From contig JADDQH010000002.1 in assembly GCA_016781485.1 (NCBI GenBank), positions 4,783 through 68,782 of the forward strand: DNA of 64,000 nucleotides. Reading direction: 5' to 3'. Under the pieces are notes generated by a model, which did no database searches, was not told the origin of the DNA, and saw only the letters and a program-made list of their open reading frames with translations. Positions 39,299-49,082 of this stretch are shown piece by piece. This DNA comes from Chloroflexota bacterium. GTDB lineage: Bacteria; Chloroflexota; Limnocylindria; Limnocylindrales; CSP1-4. Each line of letters opens with the position of its first letter. Positions within the stretch are counted from its first letter, which is position 1. Position numbers and translations under genes: made by a program.

Positions 39299-40100
39299 AG
39301 ACCCCGAGGGCGCGCCGAGCCAGTTCTGCGTCGTCACCGTCGGGGTTCTCGTCGAGATAGCGCTCCAGCCCCGTCGTCGCGGCCCGGAACTGCCCGGTCC
39401 GACCCAGCAGGATCGCACGGTCGCGGTTCAGCTCGCGGTCGGACGGGTGGAGGATTATCAGCAGCTCGAGCGTCCACAGGACGTCGGACCACTGGTGGCG
39501 GGACGAGTAGATGCCGCGGAGGTTGTTGAGGATCCGGACGAGGATCTCGCGCTTGGTGGCCGGCCGAAGCAGCGCTCGCGGGAAGGGGCTCGGCCCAAGA
39601 CTCCCCCCGTGCCCGCGGAGGAGGGCCTGGAGGTCCGTCAGCTCGAGGCGTTGACCCTGGTCGAACGGATCGACCACCAGGTCACCCGGGCCGCCGACGA
39701 GGAAGTGACCGGGGAAGCCGATCCCGAACAACGGCAGGCCGACCCGCCACGCGACCTCGAGCTCCACGACCGACAGCGTGATCGGGATCCCCTGCCGGCG
39801 CGCAAGGACGTCGTCGAGGAAACAGTTCCGCGGGTCGTAGTAGTCCCGTCTCGCGCCACGCAACCCATAGTCGCGATAGAGGACGCGATGGAGGGCTGCG
39901 ACGCGCTCCTCCAGCTCCTCCCGCTCTTGCTGCCGTGCGACGCGGTCGGCGAGGCGGTCGAGCTGCCCGAGCGTCGGGCGGAAGTCGAGCGCGGGATGCG
40001 CCTCGGCGGCGATGTGCAGGCAGCCCCTGGCAAGGTCGAGCTCGGGCTCCGGGGTCGCCACGAGCCGAGCGAACGCCAGCTGGTTCTCGGTCGCGCTCAT
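39279..40100 (-). CDS. SirB1-like transglutaminase-fold/TPR protein
   Basis: 273 aa. The pattern GLPLFGIGFPGHFLV plus a C-terminal TPR-like region resembles the SirB1/YchA family. Its 3' end overlaps hemY by 20 nt (convergent). Confidence 0.6.
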   Translation of the reverse strand: MSATENQLAFARLVATPEPELDLARGCLHIAAEAHPALDFRPTLGQLDRLADRVARQQEREELEERVAALHRVLYRDYGLRGARRDYYDPRNCFLDDVLARRQGIPITLSVVELEVAWRVGLPLFGIGFPGHFLVGGPGDLVVDPFDQGQRLELTDLQALLRGHGGSLGPSPFPRALLRPATKREILVRILNNLRGIYSSRHQWSDVLWTLELLIILHPSDRELNRDRAILLGRTGQFRAATTGLERYLDENPDGDDAELARRALGVFKGRLN

Positions 40101-40237
40101 CGAGTGTCAAGTCTAGTTGGCGGCTGCTCGGGTTGAACCAGGGCGGCGCGCGCGCGAGGGTCAGGCGACGGCGCAGCTCGGTCGCGACGGAGGGTAGGAT
40201 GCGCGCTCAGGAACAGTGCCCAGGAGGAGCCGCCAGG

Positions 40238-41656
40238 ATGCCGCAGCCCACCGTCGCCGCCTCGCCCGCAGAGCTGCTGGGATCGCTCCAAGGGATGGCC
40301 CACGTCGAGGGGGAGCGGCTCGTGATCGACGACGAGCCGAGGTTTCGCGACGAGGGGATCCGGACGGTCGTGTGGACGGCGACGTTCGCGGATGATCACG
40401 TCACCGTCGAGGCGGCACGCTGGCTCGTGTGGGAGGCGTCGCAGGAGCTGGGCGTGCCGTCGGCCAGCATCCACGAGCTGTACATGGCGCGCGGTCGCGG
40501 CGAGATCGGCGGGTTCACCGTCCCGGCGATGAACCTGCGGACGCAGGTGTTCGACATGACGGCGGCCGCGTGTCGCGCGGCGCAGTCGATCGACGCGGGG
40601 ACCATCATCTTCGAGCTCGCGCGGAGCGAGCAGGAGTACACCTACCAGCGGCCCGGCGAGTACGTGACGAGCGTCCTGGCGGGCGTCATCGCCGCGGGCT
40701 GGCGAGGCCCGGTCTTCGTGCAGGGTGACCACTACCAGTTCAACGCGAAGAAGTACGCGGCCGACCCTGAAGGCACGGCCGACGCGATCCGGCGCTTGAT
40801 CCGAGAGGCGATCGGGGTCGGATACGGCCAGATCGACATCGACAGCTCGACGCTCGTCGACCTGTCCCTCCCGAGCGTCGACGAGCAGCAGCGGACGAAC
40901 TACACGCGTGCCGCCGAGATGACGGCGCTCATTCGAGAGCTCGAACCGGACGGTGCGACCGTCGGCGTGGGGGGCGAGATCGGCGAGGTCGGCAAGCAGA
41001 ACTCGACCGAGGAGGAGTTGCGCGCCTACCTGGACGGGTATCGGCGTGAGCTGGAGCGGCGGGCCGGAACGGACGCGCCCGGGCTCATGAAGGTGAGCGT
41101 CCAGACGGGAACGAGCCACGGCGGCGTCCCCCTGCCAGGGGGTGGCGTGGCCGAGGTGAACCTCGACTTCGGGACACTCCAGCGTCTCTCCGCGGTCTGC
41201 CGCGAGTACGGGATGGCCGGCGCGGTGCAGCACGGTGCTTCGACCCTGCCCGAGGAGCTGTTCCACCGTTTCCCGGCGGTCGAGACCGCGGAGATCCACC
41301 TCGCCACAGGCTTCCAGAACCTGCTCTACGAGCACCCCGCATTTCCTGCCCATCTGCTTCGCGAGATAGAAGCGTGGTGCGACGCGAACACGGGCGACGA
41401 GCGGAAGGACGGCGAGAGCCAGACGCAGTTCTTCTACAAGACCCGGAAGAAGGCGCTCGGGCCGTTCAAGCGACAGCTCTGGGAGCTGCCCGCGAAGGAC
41501 GAGATCCTCGCGGACCAGGAGAAGAAGTTCCGGTTCCTGTTCGAGCAGCTCGCGATCCCGGGCACATCGGAAGCCGTCGCGCGCTACATCCGTCCGCTCG
41601 TGCAGCACCGTCCGCTGCCCGAGTCGCTCAAGCCGGAAGTCGCGACCGTCCCGTAG
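40238..41656 (+). CDS. Class II ketose/fructose-bisphosphate aldolase family protein (long form)
   Basis: Motifs are FTVPAMNLRT, VFVQGDHYQ, QTGTSHGG and AVQHGASTLP. An AGGAGG element lies 10 nt upstream of the ATG. An alternative ATG is at 40199. Confidence 0.7.
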   Translation: MPQPTVAASPAELLGSLQGMAHVEGERLVIDDEPRFRDEGIRTVVWTATFADDHVTVEAARWLVWEASQELGVPSASIHELYMARGRGEIGGFTVPAMNLRTQVFDMTAAACRAAQSIDAGTIIFELARSEQEYTYQRPGEYVTSVLAGVIAAGWRGPVFVQGDHYQFNAKKYAADPEGTADAIRRLIREAIGVGYGQIDIDSSTLVDLSLPSVDEQQRTNYTRAAEMTALIRELEPDGATVGVGGEIGEVGKQNSTEEELRAYLDGYRRELERRAGTDAPGLMKVSVQTGTSHGGVPLPGGGVAEVNLDFGTLQRLSAVCREYGMAGAVQHGASTLPEELFHRFPAVETAEIHLATGFQNLLYEHPAFPAHLLREIEAWCDANTGDERKDGESQTQFFYKTRKKALGPFKRQLWELPAKDEILADQEKKFRFLFEQLAIPGTSEAVARYIRPLVQHRPLPESLKPEVATVP

Positions 41657-41667
41657 GCGCGCGACCT

Positions 41668-42000
41668 CTAGCCCGGCGAGACCACGCGGACGGCCGCGAC
41701 GAGGACGACCGCCGCCGCGATCCCGAGGAACAGGTTTCGCCGCCAGGCGACGACGGCGATGCACACGACGACCGCGAGCGCCTCGACGCCGACCTGGAGG
41801 GTGCGTTGCTCGTCGACGCCCCCGGTCACCGTCGAGTTCACGGCCGCGAGTGCCGCGAGGCTGGCGGGGCCGACGAACCGCAGGTAGTCGAGCGCCCGCG
41901 CCGGCAGTCGCTCCATCCCGGGCGCCAGGAGGGGAACTGCGCGCGACGGGTAGGTGACGGCCATCATCAGGAGCGCAAGCACGACGAGCTCGACGGTCAT
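41668..42000 (-). CDS. azlD: AzlD-like branched-chain amino acid transport protein
   Basis: 110 aa and hydrophobic (MTVELVVLALLMMAVTYPSRAVPLL...). Its start overlaps the azlC stop. Confidence 0.7.
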   Translation of the reverse strand: MTVELVVLALLMMAVTYPSRAVPLLAPGMERLPARALDYLRFVGPASLAALAAVNSTVTGGVDEQRTLQVGVEALAVVVCIAVVAWRRNLFLGIAAAVVLVAAVRVVSPG

Positions 42001-42767
42001 CCGCGCGTCCCGACCTGCGCGTCGTCGGCCTGCGTGGACACCCCGCTCCCTTCCGGTGCCGCGGCAGAGGGGACCCGGAACGCGATCGCGGCGAGCGGCG
42101 CGACGACGCCGGCGACCACGATGCCGACGGATGGATCGATGGCGACCGCGACCGGCACGGCAACCGCCGCTCCGACGACCGCGGCGACGAACTCCCGTCG
42201 CCCGGTGACGAGTGCCACGGCGAGACCGGCCATCGCCGCCGGGAACACGACGTCGAGCCCGAGGCGATCCGGGTCCGGGATGAGCCTGCCGCCGAGGAAG
42301 CCGACGACCGTCGCGCCGATCCACGGCAGGCATACGAAGGCGGCAGCAAGCCAGTAGCCAAGGATGTCCGTTCGGCCCAGCCGCTGGAAGTGCGCGAGCA
42401 CGAGCGCGAAGGTCTCGTCGGTGAGCACATGCGCCATCGCGGCGCGCTCCAGCCGCCCGCGCGTCGCGAGCCACGGGGCGAGCGCCGCGGAGTACAGCAC
42501 GTGGCGGGCATTGAGCGCCGCCGTCAGCCCGACGATCACGGGCCACGGCGCGTTCTGGGCCACCAGCCCGACTGCCGCGAACTGTGCAGCGCCGGCGAGG
42601 ACGAACACACTCATGGCGAGACTCTCGACGAGGGAGAAGCCGGCTTCTCGCGCCGCGAGCCCGTAGACGACGCCGAAGCCCGCGGCGGAGAGCGTGATGC
42701 CGGATGCATCAAGAACGAGCCCGCGGCGTGGCCGGGTGCGTCGCCGTTCCCCTGCTGCGCGCCTCAC
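41997..42767 (-). CDS. azlC: AzlC family branched-chain amino acid permease
   Basis: Multi-TM protein with MSVFVLAGAAQFAAVGL and LNARHVLYSAAL. The GTG start overlaps the TGA of the upstream gene (GTGA at 42764-42767). Confidence 0.75.
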   Translation of the reverse strand: MRRAAGERRRTRPRRGLVLDASGITLSAAGFGVVYGLAAREAGFSLVESLAMSVFVLAGAAQFAAVGLVAQNAPWPVIVGLTAALNARHVLYSAALAPWLATRGRLERAAMAHVLTDETFALVLAHFQRLGRTDILGYWLAAAFVCLPWIGATVVGFLGGRLIPDPDRLGLDVVFPAAMAGLAVALVTGRREFVAAVVGAAVAVPVAVAIDPSVGIVVAGVVAPLAAIAFRVPSAAAPEGSGVSTQADDAQVGTRG

Positions 42768-44401
42768 GACCCCGCACGCCGCGAGAGGAACCGGGAGGCG
42801 TACTCCTTCGCGTCGTCGATGATCTGCTCGACCTTCCGTGGCGCCGCCTCCAGCGTGTCCTCGACGATGGTGACGGTCGGGATGAGCCCTCTCCGAACGG
42901 GCACCCGCCACTCCGGCTGGTACCCCAGCTCGTGCACTCCGGTGCTCCCCCGGCCGGGATCACCGAGACATAGGTGCCCGAACCCTCGGTTGTAGCGATC
43001 GAAGAGCGGGGCGTACGGCTCGTCGTGCCAGTGCATCGCGTCGTTGCGATGCCCGGCCTGCATCAGCGGCGTCGCCCGTCCGATCGCGTCGTACCAACCC
43101 TCGCCCGCCACGAGCACGTCGGGGCGATCCTTCCTGATCCTCGCGACGAGATCGAGGACACCCTGGTGGACGTCGTAGCGCGGATCGTTCGCCCATGTCG
43201 CCGAGATGTCGAGGAAGACGCCGTGGAACCCATACCTCTCGATGAGGGCGCCGATCTGTTCGACGAGGCGGTTCTGCCACGTCGGCGCGCCAGGGTTGAG
43301 GGTGGTCGCCCATCCGTGGTCGTGGTGTCTGGACGAATCCCAGTCGACCGTCGTGCCCCCGCGCATGCCCGACGCGCTCGAGACCTCGGCCGGCGGCCCC
43401 CACTGCTCGAAGTTCTCCAGCCCCTGGTTCACGACGTTGATCCCGAACATCGGCATCAGCCGGACGCCTCTGGCCGACGCGCCCGCCGCGAGGCGCTCGA
43501 ACCCCTCCTCCCCGCCCATCCGGGGGTCGGGCCGGTAGTCCCCGTACTGCCAGTAGTAGCGGCCCTCCCACCCCGGCAGGTAGACGAGCAGCCGCTCCGG
43601 CTCGATCCGCTCCGCCAGCCACTCGATCGTCCGGAGCACCTTCGCGTAGCCGTTGAACACGTACCCCGTCCAGTGCTGGCAATGGATCGCGGCGACCAGG
43701 GAGATCCCCCTCACCCAGTCCGGGACGTCGCGCCGCTCTTCCCACCGGATCAGGCCGTAGTCGCGCTCCACGACATCCGTCTGTCGTTCCAGGATCTCTT
43801 CCAGGCTGTCGGCCGTGCCGACCTCCCACACCGGGACAGCGACGCTCCGGCCCATGCCGGTCGCCGACTCCTCGAAGATGAGCTCCACCTTCAGGCCGTC
43901 TCCCGTCCGCAGGAACGCGAACCGCTTCTCTCGCACGCGGCTATCCCGCGACCGGAAGTAGAGGAAGCCGGCGGCCGCCGTCCGCAGGACGACGAGCGGC
44001 GTGTAGAGCCCTCGCCAGCCGTCGGGGTATCGGAGCAGCACGCCGTCGGCCCCGATCGGAAGGCCCTCGGTCTCCCGCAGGTTGACGATCTCCCCGTCGG
44101 TGACGCCTTCCAGGAAGAGCTTCACGCACCTGATCGTCTTCCGCGCCCACGCCCGGATCTCGAACGTCGTAGCGCGGTCGTCCGACGCGATCCGGACGGT
44201 GACGCCACCCTCCGCGGTCTCCTGTCCCCCGGCCCAGGTCAGTCCTTCGCACTCGAGCCACGCCTCGGCACCCTGCTCGCGGAACGAGCACCGGCGCTCA
44301 TCGAGCCCGTAGACGTTCTCGAACGTGAACACCTGGACACCGAACCGCAGACCAGCGGACTCGAACCGTGGCTGCGCGAACTCGTAACTGAGATCCTGCA
44401 T
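42764..44401 (-). CDS. Hypothetical protein, possibly a glycoside-hydrolase-like TIM barrel
   Basis: 545-aa ORF with coding-like composition. The segment GFHGVFLDISATWANDP...VLVAGEGWYD is reminiscent of GH-like barrels. The function call is weak. Confidence 0.65.
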   Translation of the reverse strand: MQDLSYEFAQPRFESAGLRFGVQVFTFENVYGLDERRCSFREQGAEAWLECEGLTWAGGQETAEGGVTVRIASDDRATTFEIRAWARKTIRCVKLFLEGVTDGEIVNLRETEGLPIGADGVLLRYPDGWRGLYTPLVVLRTAAAGFLYFRSRDSRVREKRFAFLRTGDGLKVELIFEESATGMGRSVAVPVWEVGTADSLEEILERQTDVVERDYGLIRWEERRDVPDWVRGISLVAAIHCQHWTGYVFNGYAKVLRTIEWLAERIEPERLLVYLPGWEGRYYWQYGDYRPDPRMGGEEGFERLAAGASARGVRLMPMFGINVVNQGLENFEQWGPPAEVSSASGMRGGTTVDWDSSRHHDHGWATTLNPGAPTWQNRLVEQIGALIERYGFHGVFLDISATWANDPRYDVHQGVLDLVARIRKDRPDVLVAGEGWYDAIGRATPLMQAGHRNDAMHWHDEPYAPLFDRYNRGFGHLCLGDPGRGSTGVHELGYQPEWRVPVRRGLIPTVTIVEDTLEAAPRKVEQIIDDAKEYASRFLSRRAGS

Positions 44402-44535
44402 CGGTCACCGAGGACCGGGGACAGCGGGACTTCGCCGGTGAGAGATGGACCCCCTCACCGGATCCCCGGACGCCGACATGGTGCTCTTGCACCGTCCAGC
44501 AGGCGCGATCCGCCTGGAGGACGCGATCGGTTCGA

Positions 44536-44742
44536 TCACCCACCCGCCGCCCACGCTGCCTCCTCCTTGCCCTTGACGCTCGCCTCGTCCCTTGCACGGA
44601 TCCGCGGAACCGGGGACAGGATGATCCACAACGGCGCGAGCATGATCCCGGTCACGCCGACGTCGCGGAATCGCTTCGGGACGTGGTGCGCAATGAGCGT
44701 ATGCGGCAACAGCACGAAGGGACGAACGCTTCCGGAGCGCAC
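44536..44742 (-). CDS. Possible small membrane protein (68 aa)
   Basis: Internal GTG of the 82-aa track ORF. It has one hydrophobic span (GVTGIMLAPLWIILSPVP) and third-position GC of about 90%. I do not recognise the family. Confidence 0.3.
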   Translation of the reverse strand: MRSGSVRPFVLLPHTLIAHHVPKRFRDVGVTGIMLAPLWIILSPVPRIRARDEASVKGKEEAAWAAGG

Positions 44743-44770
44743 GAGGGAAAACCGAGTAGGCGGGTAAGAT

Positions 44771-45847
44771 ATGGACATGCTCAACGAAACGTCGATCTAC
44801 GAGGCCCTGCGCGCCGTCCAGGAGCCCGAGCTGGGCCGCGACATCGTGACCCTCAACATGGTCAAGGACATCTCCATCAACGACGACAATGATGTCGCGC
44901 TGACGATCGATCTCACCACCCCGGCGTGCCCGCTGAAGGACGAGATCGAGCGGAACGTCGTGGGTGCACTGCAGCCGATCGGCGCGCGTCACGTCGACAT
45001 CAACTGGGGGGCCACGGTCCGCCGGGCGGCTCCCTCGCAGCCGACCCAGATGATCCCCGGTGTCAAGAACGTGATCGCGGTGGCCTCGGGAAAGGGCGGC
45101 GTCGGCAAGAGCACCGTGAGTGCCAATCTGGCCGTCGCACTCGCCGCCGAGGGCGCGACCGTCGGGCTGCTCGATGCCGACATAACCGGCCCCAACATCC
45201 CCCTGATGCTGGGCGTGGAGGGTCAGCCGGTCGCGAGCCCCGACAACAAGATCACGCCGCTCGAGCGCTACGGCGTGAAGGTCATCAGCATCCAGTTCTT
45301 CGTGCCCGAGGGTCAGCCGATCGTGTGGCGCGGGCCGTTGGTCGGCGGCGCCATCCAGCAGTTCCTCCGAGACGTCGACTGGGGTGAGCTGGACTACCTC
45401 GTCATCGACCTACCGCCCGGAACCTCCGACGCCCAGCTGACGCTCGCCCAGGCCATCCCCATCAGTGGCGCCCTGCTCGTCACGACGCCCCAGGATGTGG
45501 CGCTTCTCGACGTCCAGAAGGCGCTCGCGATGTTCCGGCGTATGAGCGTACCGGTGATGGGCGTGGTCGAGAACATGAGCGCATTCGTATGCAGTCACTG
45601 CGGGGAGGTGACGGAGATCTTCGGGCGAGGCGGTGGCGAGAAGTTCGCGCGCCAGTACGAGATGGAGTACTTCGGGGCGATCCCACTCGATGTCAAGGTT
45701 CGCCAGGGCGGTGACGTCGGGATCCCCGCCGTCGCCCAGCGCGAGTCGGGTCCGGCGGCCGAGGTGCTGCGGCAGCTCGCGCGGACGGTAGCGGCGCGGA
45801 TGAGCGTTCGCGCCGCCCGGCAGGCGCCCGTCCTCTCGATCAGCTAG
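44771..45847 (+). CDS. apbC: Mrp/ApbC/NBP35-family Fe-S cluster carrier ATPase
   Basis: N-terminal DUF59-like part (ALRAVQEPELGRDIVTLNMV), deviant Walker A (ASGKGGVGKST) and the CxxC motif (CSHCG). Confidence 0.9.
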   Translation: MDMLNETSIYEALRAVQEPELGRDIVTLNMVKDISINDDNDVALTIDLTTPACPLKDEIERNVVGALQPIGARHVDINWGATVRRAAPSQPTQMIPGVKNVIAVASGKGGVGKSTVSANLAVALAAEGATVGLLDADITGPNIPLMLGVEGQPVASPDNKITPLERYGVKVISIQFFVPEGQPIVWRGPLVGGAIQQFLRDVDWGELDYLVIDLPPGTSDAQLTLAQAIPISGALLVTTPQDVALLDVQKALAMFRRMSVPVMGVVENMSAFVCSHCGEVTEIFGRGGGEKFARQYEMEYFGAIPLDVKVRQGGDVGIPAVAQRESGPAAEVLRQLARTVAARMSVRAARQAPVLSIS

Positions 45848-45880
45848 GCGAGCGCGCCAGCCCGTCCTCTCGATCAGCTA
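45827..45880. repeat. 20-bp direct repeat, CCCGTCCTCTCGATCAGCTA, in two copies with a 34-bp period, spanning the apbC stop
   Basis: Read directly from the sequence. The copies are at 45827-45846 and 45861-45880. Confidence 0.85.
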
Positions 45881-46062
45881 CGCCGTGGCGACACGGCCCG
45901 CCGCCCGCGGTGCCATCCGTTCCGCTCTCGTCACAGGGCAGGAGTGCTCGACGCACGGGGTCGGGGCTACGTCCGCGCCCGATGCCACTGAGAACGTGTC
46001 TCCTCCTGCCCTTTCGGGTCTCGCCGGGTACAGCCGCCGGCGACTGCGCCCCTGATCGACAG

Positions 46063-47262
46063 CTAGCCAGGGGCTGCGTCGAGGCGCCTCCACAACTCCG
46101 CGCACGCCGCCACGGCCGCGCGCCGCCGACCCTCGTCCCCGCCGAGGAAGGCGATCCTGCTCACGCGGCTCGTGCCCGCGTCGGTAGCGATCGCGATGCT
46201 CACCGCTGTATCACCCCCATGATCGCTCGCCCGGATCGCCACCCCGACATCCGCACCCGAGATCCCTCGCACGTGTATCGCATAGTCCTCCAGGTGCTCG
46301 TCGGAGTGGGCGAACACGGTCGCCGACGCGAGCAGCTCGCTGAACGTGACGAACGGCGCCGACCCGAGCAGCGCTGTGAGGTGCCCACCCGTCCCGATCT
46401 CCACACACGCCAGACGACGCGCTCCCAGGCGAGCTCCCAGCACGTCCACCCACGTTTCTTCGTCGCGCCCGAAGATGTGGTCACGCAGCTTGTGCTCGAG
46501 CTCCCGCACCGTCGACTCGACCAGTTCGCGCGCGTCGCCCCGCTCATGGCCTTCGTCGCCGGGAGGCGCGACCGCGGCGACCCGCAGATCGACGGCGTCT
46601 GCGCGTGCGTACGTCGCTACCTCCGGGTTGCGCGACCTGAGTAGCTCCTCACCGAGGAGCTCCACGAGCGTGGACTCGCCGATATCCGTCAGCCGCAGCG
46701 TCCGGCTCGCCCGGTCGGACCCGACCCCGCGAGCGAGGAGCGAGGGCACGACGTGCTCGCGCCACATCGGGCGCATCTCACGAGGGGGGCCGGGAAGCGC
46801 GATCACGACGCGTCCATCCGACGCATCCACCCACCAGCCGGGTGCCGTCCCGTGTGCGTTCGGCAGCGCTCTTGCGCCGGCGATGAGCCAGGCCTGCTTC
46901 CGGTTCGCGTCTGACATCACGAGACCCCTTCGCTGGAACAGCTCGCGCAGCCACGCCTCGAGATCCCGGTCCACCTCCGGCGTCTCGCCGAACACCGCGG
47001 CGATCGCCTCTCGGGTCAGGTCGTCGGGAGTCGGACCGAGGCCGCCCGTGCTGACGACGAGATCCGCGCGCGTCAGCGCCTGGGCGAACGCGTCGGTCAC
47101 GGCGGCGAGCTCGTCGGGGAGTGCGACGAGTCGCCCGACCTGAACGCCGAGCGTCGTCAGCTCGCGGGCAAGGTCGCCACCGTTCGTATCGCGGGTGTCG
47201 CCGACCGTAAGCTCGGTCCCGATCGCGAGCAGTTCCCCGCTCTCCAGCCTGCGCTCCGGCAT
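46063..47262 (-). CDS. cinA: CinA-like competence/damage-inducible protein (MoCF-binding plus nicotinamide-nucleotide amidase domains)
   Basis: Motifs are LLAIGTELTVGDTRDTNG and LPGPPREM. Start taken at MPERRLESGE. Confidence 0.85.
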   Translation of the reverse strand: MPERRLESGELLAIGTELTVGDTRDTNGGDLARELTTLGVQVGRLVALPDELAAVTDAFAQALTRADLVVSTGGLGPTPDDLTREAIAAVFGETPEVDRDLEAWLRELFQRRGLVMSDANRKQAWLIAGARALPNAHGTAPGWWVDASDGRVVIALPGPPREMRPMWREHVVPSLLARGVGSDRASRTLRLTDIGESTLVELLGEELLRSRNPEVATYARADAVDLRVAAVAPPGDEGHERGDARELVESTVRELEHKLRDHIFGRDEETWVDVLGARLGARRLACVEIGTGGHLTALLGSAPFVTFSELLASATVFAHSDEHLEDYAIHVRGISGADVGVAIRASDHGGDTAVSIAIATDAGTSRVSRIAFLGGDEGRRRAAVAACAELWRRLDAAPG

Positions 47263-47350
47263 CCGGCAACGGTAGCCGAGTGGGGCGTCCTCGCGCTCCG
47301 ACACTCGGCTCGACGGGCCCCGGAGCCTTGACCGGACCCGGCGGAGTGTG

Positions 47351-47377
47351 TTAGCAATCTAATGCTACGAGTGCCAA
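47351..47377 (+). promoter_or_regulatory. CIRCE (HrcA operator) upstream of groEL
   Basis: TTAGCAATC-N9-GAGTGCCAA versus the consensus TTAGCACTC-N9-GAGTGCTAA (two mismatches). It lies 71 nt upstream of the groEL ATG. Confidence 0.75.
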
Positions 47378-47447
47378 CAAGGGTGGCCCACCGGAGGACG
47401 CGAACCGGCCTCCTCGTCCACCCCGATCGACGAGAGAGGGAACCGAG

Positions 47448-49082
47448 ATGGCAAAGCTCATCGCGTACGAGGAGGAGGCGCGCCACGCGCTGAAGCGGGG
47501 CATCGACTCGCTCGCTGGTGCCGTCAAGACGACCCTGGGACCGAAGGGGCGGAACGTCGCGCTGGACAAGAAGTACGGCGCGCCCAGCGTGACACACGAC
47601 GGGGTGACCGTGGCTCGGGACATCGAGCTCGAAGACCCGTTCGAGAACATGGGCGCGCAGCTGCTCAAGGAAGCGGCGACGAAGACCGAGGACAACGCCG
47701 GAGACGGCACGACGACCGCGACGGTCCTCGCCCAGGCGATCGTGAACGAAGGCTTGAAGAACGTCGCGTCGGGTGCGAATCCGATGCAGATGAAGCTCGG
47801 CATCGACCGAGCCACACAGGCAGCGGTCGAGGCGATCAAGCGCGCGTCGATCCCGGTCAAGGGGCACGACGAGGTGGCGCAGATCGGGACCGTGAGCGCC
47901 GCGGACCCGGGGATCGGCCAGCTGATCGCCGACGTCATGGACCGCACCGGCAAGGACGGCGTCATCACGGTCGAAGAATCCAAGACGATGGCCTTCGAGA
48001 CCGAGTACGTCGAAGGCATGCAGTTCGACCGCGGCTACATCTCGCCCTACTTCGTCACTGATACGAACCGGATGGAGGCCGTCCTCGACGATCCCTTCAT
48101 CCTCATCACGGACAGGAAGATCTCTGCCGTCGCGGACATCGTCCCATCACTCGAGAAGGTCCTCCAGGCCGGCAAGAAGGAGTTGCTGATCGTCGCCGAG
48201 GATGTCGATGGCGAGGCACTCGCGACGCTCGTCGTGAACAAGCTCCGCGGGATCGTGAGCGTCCTCGCGGTCAAGGCGCCGGGCTTCGGCGACCGCCGCA
48301 AGGAGATGCTCCGCGACCTCGCGATCCTCACGGGCGGGCAGGTCATCAGTGAGGAGGTCGGGCGGCGGCTCGACTCGGTCCAGCTTCAGGACCTCGGCAG
48401 AGCCCGGCGAGTGGTCGCGAACAAGGACAACACGACCGTCATCGAGGGCCGCGGCGCGCGGGCCGAGATCGAGGGTCGGATCAAGCAGATCAAGGCTCAG
48501 ATCGAGGAGACGACGTCCGACTACGACCGCGAGAAGCTGCAGGAGCGGCTCGCGAAGCTCGCGGGCGGCGTCGCGATCATCAAGGTCGGCGCGGGGACGG
48601 AGGTCGAGCTCAAGGAGAAGAAGCATCGGGTCGAGGATGCGCTGGCAGCGACCCGGGCGGCGGTCGAGGCAGGGCTCGTGCCGGGCGGCGGCGTCGTGCT
48701 CCTCCAGGCGCAGAAGGCACTCGATGGCCTGAGCCTCGAGGGGGACGCCCGGATCGGAGCGTCTCTCGTACGGCGGGCGCTCGAGGAGCCGCTGCGGCAG
48801 ATCGCCGAGAACGCGGGGCAGGACGGCTCCGTGGTGCTGGAGAACGTTCGCCGTCACCAGCAGGAGCAGGGCAACGCGAATATCGGCTTCGACGTGATCA
48901 GTGAGCAGTATGTGGACATGGTGGCGAACGGGATCGTCGACCCCGCGAAGGTCACGCACTCCGCGCTCGAGAACGCCGCGTCCATCGCCGGCATGGTGCT
49001 CACGACCGAAGCGATGATCACCGACAAGCCCGAGCCGAAGCCGGCGATGCCGGCGATGCCGCCGGGAGGGATGGATTTCTGA
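47448..49082 (+). CDS. groEL: Chaperonin GroEL (no adjacent groES)
   Basis: Motifs are [12 protein letters not shown]..., [23 protein letters not shown] and the C-terminal [13 protein letters not shown]. Confidence 0.97.
   Translation: MAKLIAYEEEARHALKRGIDSLAGAVKTTLGPKGRNVALDKKYGAPSVTHDGVTVARDIELEDPFENMGAQLLKEAATKTEDNAGDGTTTATVLAQAIVNEGLKNVASGANPMQMKLGIDRATQAAVEAIKRASIPVKGHDEVAQIGTVSAADPGIGQLIADVMDRTGKDGVITVEESKTMAFETEYVEGMQFDRGYISPYFVTDTNRMEAVLDDPFILITDRKISAVADIVPSLEKVLQAGKKELLIVAEDVDGEALATLVVNKLRGIVSVLAVKAPGFGDRRKEMLRDLAILTGGQVISEEVGRRLDSVQLQDLGRARRVVANKDNTTVIEGRGARAEIEGRIKQIKAQIEETTSDYDREKLQERLAKLAGGVAIIKVGAGTEVELKEKKHRVEDALAATRAAVEAGLVPGGGVVLLQAQKALDGLSLEGDARIGASLVRRALEEPLRQIAENAGQDGSVVLENVRRHQQEQGNANIGFDVISEQYVDMVANGIVDPAKVTHSALENAASIAGMVLTTEAMITDKPEPKPAMPAMPPGGMDF

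Noticed and set aside
40097-42511. The 804-aa minus-strand ORF, together with other very long track ORFs: 25245-26753 (-), 11798-13120 (-), 16298-17650 (-), 7628-9373 (+), 19343-21220 (+), 42974-44767 (+), 32139-33722 (+) and 35834-36904 (+).
   Set aside because: These are typical high-GC shadow ORFs. They lie opposite to, or out of frame with, genes that carry clear family motifs (aldolase, ChlI-like, CopB, cyclase, metH, ABC genes, hem genes). Their translations are Arg/Pro/Gly-rich with no recognisable motifs.
45878-46105. A 75-aa minus-strand ORF in the apbC-cinA intergenic region.
   Set aside because: It overlaps the cinA 3' end and the direct-repeat region. It has an Arg/Ala-rich shadow composition and no motifs.
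47328-47365. A groEL promoter assignment (TTGACC at 47328-47333 with TTAGCA or TAATGC as the -10).
   Set aside because: The -35-like hexamer is clear. However, the candidate -10 hexamers are either poor (TTAGCA at 17-nt spacing) or badly spaced (TAATGC at 26 nt). I report only the CIRCE element.
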